A stretch of DNA of 64,000 nt from Chitinophagaceae bacterium (GTDB taxonomy: Bacteria > Bacteroidota > Bacteroidia > Chitinophagales > Chitinophagaceae): the NCBI GenBank assembly GCA_031360425.1, contig JANMBO010000108.1, positions 6,486-70,485 of the forward strand, written 5' to 3'. The notes under the pieces were generated by a model. The model was not told the DNA's origin. It did no database searches and saw nothing but the letters and a program-made list of their open reading frames with translations. This document shows positions 20,782-30,255 of the stretch, piece after piece (position 1 is the first letter of the stretch; each line of letters starts with the position of its first letter). A program made the translations under genes and the position numbers.

Positions 20782-23700
20782 ATGAAGTACAGGAAAAACC
20801 ATTCTTCAATACTCTATTGCCATAAAGGGACTTCACATCTTTTATTGAATAAGGGAACTCTTTCGGACAGTAGACGTAATATTATAAATTCTGGTATTGA
20901 AAAATGCTTGCAGTATTTCATATTTTTATTCCTTTTCATGGTATTGGCTTGTAAATCGGATGATAAAAAAGCTGCACAGGAACCTTTATTTAAAATTCTG
21001 GAAGAAAAAGAAACAGGTATTAGCTTTTCCAATAAGCTAACTCCCACACCTGCTTTCAACATGTTTAATTACATGTATTTCTATAACGGAGCCGGCGTAG
21101 GAGCGGGTGATTTTAATAAGGATGGATTAATCGATCTTTTTTTTGCATCGAATCAGCAACAAAACAAACTATATCAGAATACCGGCAACCTGAAGTTTAA
21201 AGATATTACAATGGAAGCCGCAATTCCCCGGGATACTGGATGGAGTACGGGTGTTTCGGTAGTAGATATAAATAATGACGGCTGGCTCGATTTGTATATA
21301 TGCCGTGTAGGAAATTATGAATCATTACAAAGTCGGAACCAGTTATTAATAAACCAGGGAGCTGATAAAAACGGCACTGTCCATTTTATAAATAAAGCAA
21401 AAGAATACGGGCTGGATTTTTCTGGGTTTAGTACCCAGGCGGCTTTCCTTGATTATGATCAGGATGGTGATCTTGACATGTACCTCATGAATCATTCCTT
21501 GCGATTCAACGGTACTTTTTCCGAGCGCAGTACGTATGCTAATACCTTTGATTCATTATCGGGGGATCGTTTTTACCGGAACGATAATAACCGGTTTAAA
21601 GAAGTGACAAAAAGTACAGGTATCAACAGTTCCATAATTGGTTACGGACTGGGTATTGCCATATCAGATATTAACCTGGATGGCTACCCGGATATTTATA
21701 TTGGCAATGATTTTCATGAAAATGATTATCTCTATATTAATCAGCAAAATGGAACTTTTTCTGAAGAGCTTACTAGCCGCATAATGCATACCAGCCAGTT
21801 TTCAATGGGCGTTGATGTAGCCGATATAAACAATGATGCGTGGCCTGAAATTATTTCAATGGATATGCTACCTGCAGACCCCTATATTTTGAAGCGTTCG
21901 TTGGGAGAAGATGCCTACGATGTCTTCAACTTTAAAATACGGCATGGATATTACTACCAGTATGAACGAAATAATCTTCAATTGAACCGTGGTACCGGAA
22001 TGTTTAGTGAGGTAGGATTATATGCCGGAGTATTTGCAACTGATTGGAGCTGGGCGCCATTGTGGGTAGATTTTGATAATGACGGCCTAAAAGATCTTTT
22101 TGTCTCAAATGGAATACCCAAGCGGCTAAACGATATTGATTACGTGAATTATGTTTCGAATGAGGAATTACAGCAAAAGATAAGAAGCAATAACCTGGAA
22201 GATAAGGATATGCTGCTTATTAATAAGTTCCCGGAAATTAAATTACCCAATAAGTTTTACCGGAATACTGGTAATATTTCTTTTGATGATATGGAGGGCC
22301 ATATCGAAAATAATAAAAAAACATTTTCGAATGGCGCGGTATATGCCGACCTGGATAACGATGGTGACCTGGATATTGTGGTAAATAATGTGGATGATCC
22401 GGCGTTGATTTACCAAAATAAAAGCAATGACAAAAAAGATCAATCCTATTTGAATATACAGCTCAAAGGCCCGGTGGAAAATATAAATGCAATTGGAGCA
22501 AAACTGCTGGTTTTTGCAGCAGGTGAAGTAAGAGCATATGAAAAATACCCGGTGCATGGATTTCTATCTTCCATGGAAATACCTTTACTCATTGGACTCG
22601 TAAATACTAAGGCCGATTCAATACTATTGTTGTGGCCCGATAACAGCTACCAGTTAGTGAAGCCCACTCCGGGCCAATTTAATGTAGAAGTTACTTACAA
22701 ACCCGGGTTACCGGCTTTTAAATACATGGTGCTGACCGATCGTTTACCAAATACCACCCGCGCATTTACTGATATTACCAATAAAACAGGATTACAGTAT
22801 AAGCATATTGAAAATCCTTTTATAGAATTTGACCGCGAACCCTTGATTCCTCATATGGTTTCCCGGGAAGGACCGGCGCTAGCAATTGCCGATGCGAATG
22901 GAGACGGACTTGAAGATGTATTTATAGGTTCATCTAAGGAAAACAAACCCGCTATCTTTTTTCAGCAACCCAATGGAACATTTTACCATTCAAGGCAGCC
23001 TGCCCTGGATGCGGATAGTATGTTTGAAGAAACAGACGCCTGTTGGGTGGACGCAAATAAGGATGGGTTTGTTGATCTAATTGTTGCCAGCGGCGGCAAT
23101 GAATATTATGGAGAAGATGAACATCTTACTCCCCGGGTTTTTTTAAATGACGGGAAAGGAAATTTCACCAAAAAGAAAGAGGCATTTAATAAACTTTATT
23201 TAACAGCCTCCTGCGTGTTGCCTTATGATTTTACCGGAGACGGATATCCTGATCTTTTTATTGGTGGCAGAGCAGTGCCCTGGGAATATGGACAGTCACC
23301 TAAATCCTATTTGCTGGAGAATGATAAATCAGGAGGATTTAAAGACGTTACTTCCAAATATAGCCCGGAAATCAGTAAAGTTGGATTTGTTACCAGCAGT
23401 CGTTGGTTTGATATGGATAAAGATGGCGATATGGATTTAATAATTTCGCTGGAATGGGGCGGTATTGCTGCTTTCGTAAATGAGAAGGGCCTATTTACAA
23501 AGAAGATGATAACCAATAAAAAAGGCTGGTGGAATTTCGCTATTCCCTTAGATGTAGATGGCGATGGAGATATAGATTGGATTGCCGGCAACCTGGGGCT
23601 AAATAGCCGTCTGAAAGCTTCGGAGAATGAACCAGTGCGTTTGTATTATTACGATTTTGATGGTAACGATAAAAAAGAACAGGTGCTTACCTATTATCTT

Positions 23701-24225
23701 CAAGGGAAAGAGATTCCGTTTGCCAATAAAGAAGAGTTACAAAAACAATTACCGGGGTTGAAAAAGAAATTTTTATATGCAGAAGATTTTGCCAAAGCAA
23801 CATTGAAGGATTTGCTGGGGGCTGATAATCTTGCCAAGGCGGAGCTGCTGTCAGTGGATTATTTTTCGAATGCACTATTGATTAATGAAGGGAATTATAA
23901 GTTTTCAATCAAAGCATTGCCCTGGCAGGCGCAACTTACTCCTTATTATGATGGGGTGTCAATAAATGCCAACAACGACAGTTTGCCGGATTTGTTATTG
24001 CTGGGAAATTTTTACGAGAACAATATACAAATGGGACGGTATGATGCAGACTTCGGAACGGTACTCATTAATAGGGGGGGCGGAAAATTTGATTACCAAA
24101 TGGTAAATGGATTATCCATAAAAGGGCAGGTACGGCATGTTAAAAAAATCAAGCTGGGTAACGAAGAGGCTTTTGTGCTGGCAAAGAATAACGACAGCTT
24201 ACAGATTATTCGTTTTAAAAAGTAA
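20782..24225 (+). CDS. second FG-GAP/VCBS-repeat protein with ASPIC/UnbV domain (paralog of the preceding gene)
   Basis: Same repeat architecture and ASPIC/UnbV-like block (IGAKLLVFAAGEVRAYEKYPVHGFLSSME..ILLLWPD). An ATG at 20782 lies 4 nt after the upstream stop. A hydrophobic lipobox-like FLFMVLAC sits about 55 aa in, so the true start is uncertain. Confidence 0.8.
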   Translation: MKYRKNHSSILYCHKGTSHLLLNKGTLSDSRRNIINSGIEKCLQYFIFLFLFMVLACKSDDKKAAQEPLFKILEEKETGISFSNKLTPTPAFNMFNYMYFYNGAGVGAGDFNKDGLIDLFFASNQQQNKLYQNTGNLKFKDITMEAAIPRDTGWSTGVSVVDINNDGWLDLYICRVGNYESLQSRNQLLINQGADKNGTVHFINKAKEYGLDFSGFSTQAAFLDYDQDGDLDMYLMNHSLRFNGTFSERSTYANTFDSLSGDRFYRNDNNRFKEVTKSTGINSSIIGYGLGIAISDINLDGYPDIYIGNDFHENDYLYINQQNGTFSEELTSRIMHTSQFSMGVDVADINNDAWPEIISMDMLPADPYILKRSLGEDAYDVFNFKIRHGYYYQYERNNLQLNRGTGMFSEVGLYAGVFATDWSWAPLWVDFDNDGLKDLFVSNGIPKRLNDIDYVNYVSNEELQQKIRSNNLEDKDMLLINKFPEIKLPNKFYRNTGNISFDDMEGHIENNKKTFSNGAVYADLDNDGDLDIVVNNVDDPALIYQNKSNDKKDQSYLNIQLKGPVENINAIGAKLLVFAAGEVRAYEKYPVHGFLSSMEIPLLIGLVNTKADSILLLWPDNSYQLVKPTPGQFNVEVTYKPGLPAFKYMVLTDRLPNTTRAFTDITNKTGLQYKHIENPFIEFDREPLIPHMVSREGPALAIADANGDGLEDVFIGSSKENKPAIFFQQPNGTFYHSRQPALDADSMFEETDACWVDANKDGFVDLIVASGGNEYYGEDEHLTPRVFLNDGKGNFTKKKEAFNKLYLTASCVLPYDFTGDGYPDLFIGGRAVPWEYGQSPKSYLLENDKSGGFKDVTSKYSPEISKVGFVTSSRWFDMDKDGDMDLIISLEWGGIAAFVNEKGLFTKKMITNKKGWWNFAIPLDVDGDGDIDWIAGNLGLNSRLKASENEPVRLYYYDFDGNDKKEQVLTYYLQGKEIPFANKEELQKQLPGLKKKFLYAEDFAKATLKDLLGADNLAKAELLSVDYFSNALLINEGNYKFSIKALPWQAQLTPYYDGVSINANNDSLPDLLLLGNFYENNIQMGRYDADFGTVLINRGGGKFDYQMVNGLSIKGQVRHVKKIKLGNEEAFVLAKNNDSLQIIRFKK

Positions 24226-24239
24226 TTTGTTCCGATGGT

Positions 24240-25172
24240 TTAGAAAATAGGATAGTAAACCCGGGTAATCCATTTAGTGGTATCAGGTTCTTTCATTCGG
24301 TCGGTTACCAGGGATGCAAAAGGAATAGCGGGTGAAGTAAGACGGTAATCGATTTTATAATTTTCCAGTTGTTTAATGGCCGCTTCCGCAGCATACGATC
24401 CACCTTTTACTTCAGCCCAGATAATATTACCCAATACCATCCGCTTCAATTCAATATCTCTCTTTCCTTTTAATAACCGGTTGGTAGGTATCGCAACCAT
24501 TACATTATACACGCTGCTGTCGGTTTGCAGCACATTTAACATCGGCGGATTGGTTTCCGATGCATTCTCCGATTTGATGTATTCTTTCAGCTTTTCAATC
24601 ATTCCATATATTTCCGGGGTAGAAGGATAGTGGGTAAAGTGTCCCCTGGTGGCAACCAGAACGGTATCGGTGACTTTCGCTTTTTCAATTTTTATTCCAT
24701 ATATGTTATCCTGCTTTTCTACAAAATTCTTAAGACTATTTAGAATGCTTGTCATATCTGCTTTTAAGTTCCCCGCAGTAAAATAATGTTGAATTTTTTT
24801 AAAAGGGTTAGTGCCATTATTTACCTGGACACTCCATTCTAATGCGCTGGAATCAATTGTTTGCGGCACTACCAATATTCTACTGGTTAATAACGAATCC
24901 TTTTCTTGAATAGTGGTTTCCACGGTATTTACCGCAGAGCCAACAACACTATAGTTGTTTCCATTATACACTAGTGACGAAGCCTGGCTGTTTATTTTTA
25001 CCGGCCACCATTTATTCCATTCGTTTTGATTTGCCAGGAAAGAAATGGTACGCGCTGCGGGAGCATGCATAGTTAAACTGGTTACAATTGTTTCAGAAGA
25101 AGGCAGAAAAAAGTAGGACCAGCCAAGTAACACAGCCAGGAGTAAAACAAGAAGAGAAAATATTTTTTTCAT
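24240..25172 (-). CDS. hypothetical membrane-anchored protein (SRPBCC-like N-terminal part, GyrI-like C-terminal part suspected)
   Basis: Signal/anchor MKKIFSLLVLLLAVLLGW. Domain guesses come from general resemblance only; no catalytic motif was recognised. Confidence 0.4.
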   Translation of the reverse strand: MKKIFSLLVLLLAVLLGWSYFFLPSSETIVTSLTMHAPAARTISFLANQNEWNKWWPVKINSQASSLVYNGNNYSVVGSAVNTVETTIQEKDSLLTSRILVVPQTIDSSALEWSVQVNNGTNPFKKIQHYFTAGNLKADMTSILNSLKNFVEKQDNIYGIKIEKAKVTDTVLVATRGHFTHYPSTPEIYGMIEKLKEYIKSENASETNPPMLNVLQTDSSVYNVMVAIPTNRLLKGKRDIELKRMVLGNIIWAEVKGGSYAAEAAIKQLENYKIDYRLTSPAIPFASLVTDRMKEPDTTKWITRVYYPIF

Positions 25173-25222
25173 AAACGAACATTGATGGTAGAGGGACGGC
25201 AAAGTTATGTGGAAGCTGGTGC

Positions 25223-25825
25223 TTATTGAATTATTTGCTGATGTTTTATGATAAAAAGAATTAACTCTTCCAACGGTACATTTATCCTGGATAACGCATC
25301 GGATATATCATCGCGATTTACCTGTGCGGCAAAGGAAGGAGTTTTAAGTTTTTTCTGTATGCTTTTTACATCCATTCCTTCATACCGGGTGGGCCGGATA
25401 AGAGCGGCTGCATGTATAAAACCAGACAGCTCGTCAAACGCGTAAATCATTTTATCCATATTGTTTTGTGGCTCTACTCCAAAATAGCGGGGGCCGTGGG
25501 AAGCAATACAATGAATTACCTCGGGGTCTATATTTCTTTTTTCGAGTTCTTCAATAATTATCCGGCAATGATCATCCGGGTTTTTCTCCCAGTCGGCATC
25601 GTGCAGCAGGCCGGCCAATTCCCATTTATAGGCTGTTTGTTCGTCGGCATTTTCTTTTTCTATGGCCCATGCTTTCATTACTGCCGCCACCTGTTTCATA
25701 TGGAGCCGAAGCCGCTCGTTGGGCACCCACTCGTTTAATATTTGATTCGCTTCTTCAATTGGCATTAAATTACCCGCATTAATAGAATTGCCAAAGGAGG
25801 TGCGACCAAGTAGATGATTAGACAT
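25223..25825 (-). CDS. HD-domain metal-dependent phosphohydrolase
   Basis: H..HD pattern (LRLHMKQVAAV..AGLLHDADWE) with later conserved His residues (CIASHG). Confidence 0.65.
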   Translation of the reverse strand: MSNHLLGRTSFGNSINAGNLMPIEEANQILNEWVPNERLRLHMKQVAAVMKAWAIEKENADEQTAYKWELAGLLHDADWEKNPDDHCRIIIEELEKRNIDPEVIHCIASHGPRYFGVEPQNNMDKMIYAFDELSGFIHAAALIRPTRYEGMDVKSIQKKLKTPSFAAQVNRDDISDALSRINVPLEELILFIIKHQQIIQ

Positions 25826-26242
25826 ATTTCTATTGGGTATTATTCATTTGCAAAATAAAATAGGATTAGGCAAGATAGCAATTCAGTTTTTTAGATCAAG
25901 GGATCCATAAGATAAGAGTGTGAGGCTTTCTTACACTATACCAACGGGTGTTTGGCACAGCAACTGTTTATTCGGAATAATACAGACTGCAGATGCTGAT
26001 TGTTCTCTATTTCAAAAGGAGCTAATATCTTGCTTCTACAATGCCTATTTTAAATTTGATGCAAAATTTTTATTGTAAATCAGCTAGTTATAAAGGTTCA
26101 ATAAAAAATAATATAGTAAATGCTTGGCTGATTGATAGAGTTGGGGTTATCTTCGCGACCCTTTTAAGGTATTAACTATCTAGTTGAGTATTATAGAAGG
26201 AAGCAGGAGAGCGGGATGGCGCACCTGTTTTAATTTTTAACC

Positions 26243-26307
26243 GGCTATTAGCGTACGGCTCGATTGCCTTTGCGTTACGCTTCGGCGAAGCAGGGTAGCT
26301 AATAGCT
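26243..26307 (+). promoter_or_regulatory. structured leader hairpin immediately upstream of rplM
   Basis: A perfect 9-bp closing stem GCTATTAGC (26244-26252) / GCTAATAGC (26298-26306) encloses smaller GC-rich helices and ends 14 nt before the rplM ATG. The same GGCTATTAGC word recurs in the rplM-rpsI spacer hairpin (26768-26806). Confidence 0.4.
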
Positions 26308-26320
26308 TAAAGCATATTAA

Positions 26321-26764
26321 ATGAGTAAGCTACATTTCACTACTAAACATGCTAATGCGGCTACCGTACAACGTCACTGGTACGTTGTGGATGGTACCAA
26401 TCAAACCGTCGGACGCATGTGTGCAAGAATCGCTGCTGTTCTTAGAGGTAAGACCAAAGCGTATTATACGCCACATGTTGATTGCGGAGATTATGTAATT
26501 ATTATTAACGCCGACAAAATTCGTTTCACCGGAAACAAAATGGATGAGAAAGAATACATCACTTTCTCTGGTTATCCAGGTGGTCAGAAGATCGAGATTG
26601 CAAAAGATTTACTGAAACGCCGCCCGGAAGCCTTACTCGAAAGGGCCGTTAGAGGCATGCTTCCAAAGAATCGCCTGGGTCGAAAAATGATCAAAAAATT
26701 ATTCGTGTATGCCGGTAACGAACACCAGCATGCTGCACAACAACCTAAAGAATTAAAATTCTAA
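26321..26764 (+). CDS. rplM: 50S ribosomal protein L13
   Basis: WYVVDGTNQTVGRMCARIAAVLRGK and YTPHVDCGDYVIIINADKI are canonical L13 sequences. Confidence 0.97.
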   Translation: MSKLHFTTKHANAATVQRHWYVVDGTNQTVGRMCARIAAVLRGKTKAYYTPHVDCGDYVIIINADKIRFTGNKMDEKEYITFSGYPGGQKIEIAKDLLKRRPEALLERAVRGMLPKNRLGRKMIKKLFVYAGNEHQHAAQQPKELKF

Positions 26765-26820
26765 AACAGCTGCAGGCTATTAGCCGCCCGCTAATTCCTG
26801 CAAGCTAAAAGCTTAAAAAA

Positions 26821-27210
26821 ATGGAAAAGCAAAAAAATGGTGTTGGTCGTCGTAAAGAAGCTGTGACAAGAGTTTTCCTGTCCAAAGGAACCGGTAAAAT
26901 TACAGTTAACGATAAAGACTATAAAGAATATTTCTCTCTTGTATACTTGCAGAACCAGGTGGAGTTGCCATTGAAAACTATTCAGTCGCTCGATAAGTTT
27001 GATGTAAAGATCAACGCATCGGGTGGTGGAATGAAAGGCCAGGCTGAAGCGGCTAAGCTCGGTATTGGTCGTGCATTAGTAGAATTAAATGGGGAATGGC
27101 GCCCTTCTCTGAAAGCAGCAGGTGTTTTGAAAAGAGATCCCCGTTCAGTGGAGCGCAAGAAGTTTGGACATAAGAAAGCCCGTAAGAGCTTCCAGTTCTC
27201 TAAACGTTAA
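26821..27210 (+). CDS. rpsI: 30S ribosomal protein S9
   Basis: GVGRRKEAVTRVFL.. and C-terminal RDPRSVERKKFGHKKARKSFQFSKR. Confidence 0.97.
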   Translation: MEKQKNGVGRRKEAVTRVFLSKGTGKITVNDKDYKEYFSLVYLQNQVELPLKTIQSLDKFDVKINASGGGMKGQAEAAKLGIGRALVELNGEWRPSLKAAGVLKRDPRSVERKKFGHKKARKSFQFSKR

Positions 27211-27278
27211 AGAAGAAGCTATGAGCACGTGCTGCAAGCTCGCAGCGTATAATTATAAATTATTTATAAATAGAAATA

Positions 27279-28166
27279 ATGGAAAACAACACTTCTCTTC
27301 AACAACAACTTTTGGATGCAGGTGTACATTTCGGTCACTTACGCAAGAAGTGGAACCCCAAAATGTTGCCGTACATTTTTGCAGAAAAGAAAGGCATTCA
27401 CATCATTGATTTGAATAAGACTACTGAAAGTCTGCAGGAAGCCGCTGCCGCATTGAAGCAAATGGCCCGTAGTGGTAAGAAGATTATGTTTGTAGGAACA
27501 AAGAAACAAGCCAAAGAAATTGTTACGGAATGTGCCCGCAGAGTAAATATGCCATTTGCCACTGAAAGATGGTTAGGTGGAATGCTTACTAATTTCAATA
27601 CGGTTCGGAAGAGCGTAAAGAAAATGCTGAACATTGATAAGATGCTGAACGACGGAAGCGCCGATAGTTTAACCAAGAAAGAAAGATTAACACTTGGCCG
27701 CGATCGAGATAAAATGGATAAAGTATTAGGAGGTATCTCTCAGTTAGGACGCGTACCGGCTGCCTTGTTTATAATTGATATCGGTCACGAGCATATTGCC
27801 CTGGCAGAAGCAAAACGGTTAGGTATTACTACTTTCGGGATGGTAGATACTAATTGCGATCCCAATAAAGTTGACTTTGCCATACCGGCAAACGACGATG
27901 CTACCAAATCAATTGCTATCATAACTCAGTACATCACGGCGGCTATTGCAGAAGGCTTAGCGGAAAGACAAGCGGCAAAAGATGAAGAAGTAGAAGATAC
28001 CAGTGATGATGATAAAGAAAAGAAAGCGGCCCGTTTACAAGCAGAAGCGGAAGCAGAAGGCGGTAGAGGTGGAAGAGGAGCTGGTCGTGGTGGTCCGGGT
28101 GGTCCGCAAAAACGCCGGATACCCGGAGGTGCCAGTCGCAGACCCGCTGGTGGTGGAGGAAGATAA
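27279..28166 (+). CDS. rpsB: 30S ribosomal protein S2 with an extended acidic then Arg/Gly-rich C-terminal tail
   Basis: LLDAGVHFGHLRKKWNPKM and ERWLGGMLTNF are canonical S2 sequences. The last 60 or so residues are low-complexity (..GGRGGRGAGRGGPGGPQKRR..). Confidence 0.95.
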   Translation: MENNTSLQQQLLDAGVHFGHLRKKWNPKMLPYIFAEKKGIHIIDLNKTTESLQEAAAALKQMARSGKKIMFVGTKKQAKEIVTECARRVNMPFATERWLGGMLTNFNTVRKSVKKMLNIDKMLNDGSADSLTKKERLTLGRDRDKMDKVLGGISQLGRVPAALFIIDIGHEHIALAEAKRLGITTFGMVDTNCDPNKVDFAIPANDDATKSIAIITQYITAAIAEGLAERQAAKDEEVEDTSDDDKEKKAARLQAEAEAEGGRGGRGAGRGGPGGPQKRRIPGGASRRPAGGGGR

Positions 28167-28200
28167 GAGAAGGATCAAAGTGGATTTTGCTCCCTTTATA

Positions 28201-28240
28201 TTATGTAGGGTCATGCAAAATTATGTAGGGTCATGCAAAC
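28201..28240. repeat. perfect tandem duplication of a 19-20-nt unit TTATGTAGGGTCATGCAAA(A/C) in the rpsB-tsf spacer
   Basis: Read directly from the sequence. It is followed at 28251-28276 by three TTTTTAA heptamers. Confidence 0.9.
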
Positions 28241-28276
28241 TGCTTTAGCATTTTTAATTTTTAATTTTTAATTCTT

Positions 28277-29113
28277 ATGTCTACTGTAACTATTTCAGTA
28301 ACTGATATTAATAAATTGCGCCAGGCAACCGGTGCAGGTATGATGGATTGCCGCAAAGCATTAACGGAATCAAATGGTGATTTTGAAACTGCGATCGACT
28401 GGCTTCGGAAAAAAGGTGCTAAAGTGGCCGCACTTCGCGGCGACCGGGAAGCCAAAGAAGGCGTGGTGTTGGCTAAAACAACAGCGGATAATAAAACCGG
28501 TATCGCAGTATGTGTTAGTTGCGAAACTGATTTTGTAAGCAAGAACGCTGACTTCGTTGTTTTTGCACAAACTATTGCTGACGCCGCTATTGCTAACAAT
28601 GTAAAAAATATCGATGAACTGAATAATGTAGCTATCAAAGGGATTAAGGTGGCCGACCTGGTTAATGACAAACTTGCTTCGATCGGCGAAAAAATTGGCA
28701 TCACCAAACTCGAAAGAGTAGATGCTCCTTATGTAGCCTCTTATATTCATGGGGCGAACCGTATTGGAGTGCTGGTAGGTATGAATAAGGAAGCGGCTGA
28801 AGCCGGTAAAGATGTAGCAATGCAAATTGCCGCTATGAACCCGCTGGCCGTTGATGCAGCTTCCGTTCCTGCTGCGACGATCGAAAGAGAAAGGGCCATT
28901 GTTACAGAACAAATTCAGGCCGATCCAAAAATGGCCGGTAAGCCAGCGGAAATGATTGCCAAAATTGCTGAAGGTAAACTAAATGCCTTCTTCAAAGAAA
29001 GTACTTTGAATAGCCAGCCCTTTGTTAAAGATAATAGCAAGACTGTCGGAGATCATCTAAAAAGCGCCGGGGATGTAAAAGTTACCGAGTTTAAGAGAGT
29101 GGCATTAGGATAA
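28277..29113 (+). CDS. tsf: translation elongation factor Ts
   Basis: N-terminal UBA-like LRQATGAGMMDCRKALTESNGDFETAIDWLRKKG, with synteny after rpsB. Confidence 0.96.
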   Translation: MSTVTISVTDINKLRQATGAGMMDCRKALTESNGDFETAIDWLRKKGAKVAALRGDREAKEGVVLAKTTADNKTGIAVCVSCETDFVSKNADFVVFAQTIADAAIANNVKNIDELNNVAIKGIKVADLVNDKLASIGEKIGITKLERVDAPYVASYIHGANRIGVLVGMNKEAAEAGKDVAMQIAAMNPLAVDAASVPAATIERERAIVTEQIQADPKMAGKPAEMIAKIAEGKLNAFFKESTLNSQPFVKDNSKTVGDHLKSAGDVKVTEFKRVALG

Positions 29114-29137
29114 TTTTTCTATTAGCAAATTATAATT

Positions 29138-29169
29138 AAAGGGAATCAGGAAAGATTCCCTTTTTTTTT
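29138..29169 (+). terminator. intrinsic terminator after tsf
   Basis: Stem GGGAATC/GATTCCC (29141-29147 / 29154-29160) followed by a T9 run. Confidence 0.85.
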
Positions 29170-29352
29170 GCCACATTGAGATGCTTTGAAAATGTAAAAT
29201 GTTGAATATAAAATGCAAAATTCAAAACGCAGTGAAAGTCGAATATTCATTTTAGTACTGAATAATTGATCCCGGGCTCCTTATACTTTTTACGTTTTAC
29301 ATTTTTCATTTTATATTCCTGAACCTCGTATATTGCGACGCAAATACTCTTC

Positions 29353-30066
29353 ATGTTGCCAAAATACAAACGCATTCTGCTTAAGCTTTCCGGCGAATCC
29401 TTAATGGGCGACAAATCATTTGGCCTCGATCCGGTAGTAATTGAAAAGTATGCCCGGGATATTAAAGAGATAGTTGAACTAGGAGTACAGGTAGCTATTG
29501 TGATAGGTGGCGGTAATATTTATCGCGGGATGAATGAAGGTGATACAGGTATTGAGCGGGCTCATGGTGATTACATGGGTATGCTGGCAACGGTGATTAA
29601 TGGAATGGCTTTGCAGGCCATGCTGGAAAAGGTAGGCGTTTTTACCCGTTTGCAAAGCGCTATCAAAATGGAACAGATTGCGGAACCTTATATCCGACGA
29701 CGCGCTATTCGTCATGTAGAGAAGGGAAGAGTGGTAATCTTTGGAGCAGGTACGGGTAACCCTTATTTTACAACGGATACAGCGGGTTCGCTTAGAGCCA
29801 TAGAGATACAGGCGGATGTTATTTTGAAAGGAACGAGAGTGGATGGAATTTATACCGCCGATCCCGAAAAAGATCCCTCTGCAAAAAAATTTGAAACCAT
29901 AACTTTCCAGGATTGTATTTCCAGGAATTTGCGTGTAATGGATATGACGGCGTTTACGCTTTGTATGGAAAACAACCTTCCTATTATTGTCTTTGATATG
30001 AATAAACCTGGGAACCTGCTAAAAGTAGTGACAGGTGAAAAGGTGGGAACTTTGGTAAAAGGTTGA
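29353..30066 (+). CDS. pyrH: UMP kinase
   Basis: [28 protein letters not shown] and [20 protein letters not shown] motifs. Confidence 0.96.
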   Translation: MLPKYKRILLKLSGESLMGDKSFGLDPVVIEKYARDIKEIVELGVQVAIVIGGGNIYRGMNEGDTGIERAHGDYMGMLATVINGMALQAMLEKVGVFTRLQSAIKMEQIAEPYIRRRAIRHVEKGRVVIFGAGTGNPYFTTDTAGSLRAIEIQADVILKGTRVDGIYTADPEKDPSAKKFETITFQDCISRNLRVMDMTAFTLCMENNLPIIVFDMNKPGNLLKVVTGEKVGTLVKG

Positions 30067-30255
30067 AAAACAGACTTTAAAAATTTAAACAGCCTTGTGC
30101 TTGCATTAACCAGATAAGCTACTTATTTTTCGAACATGAAAAGCCACCATCCTGGTGGTTTTTTATTTACTCCTCCCGAATCAAAATCCCTTGAAGAACG
30201 GTTTATTAATTTTAATTCCGAAAGACCGGATTTAAAAGCTTATTCCCGAACCGTT

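Noticed and set aside
25826-26240. Possible ncRNA gene (6S, SRP, RNase P, tmRNA) in the 495-nt gap between the HD-domain gene and rplM.
   Set aside because: I could not recognise any conserved core of these RNAs; for example there is no tmRNA tag ORF or tRNA-like end, no SRP GGAA/GNAR tetraloop helix and no RNase P P4 motifs. Only the hairpin nearest rplM is reported.
28261-28912. Long minus-strand ORFs (148 and 180 aa) overlapping tsf. Similar antisense ORFs overlap other genes: 6001-6591 over ligA, 43078-43560 and 44341-44823 over metH, 61345-62181 over the acyl-CoA ligase, 2691-3125 over asd and 57280-57600 over the aldo/keto reductase.
   Set aside because: All lie fully inside well-supported genes on the other strand. 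Their composition is low-complexity or unnatural, and no motifs are present. They are typical shadow ORFs.
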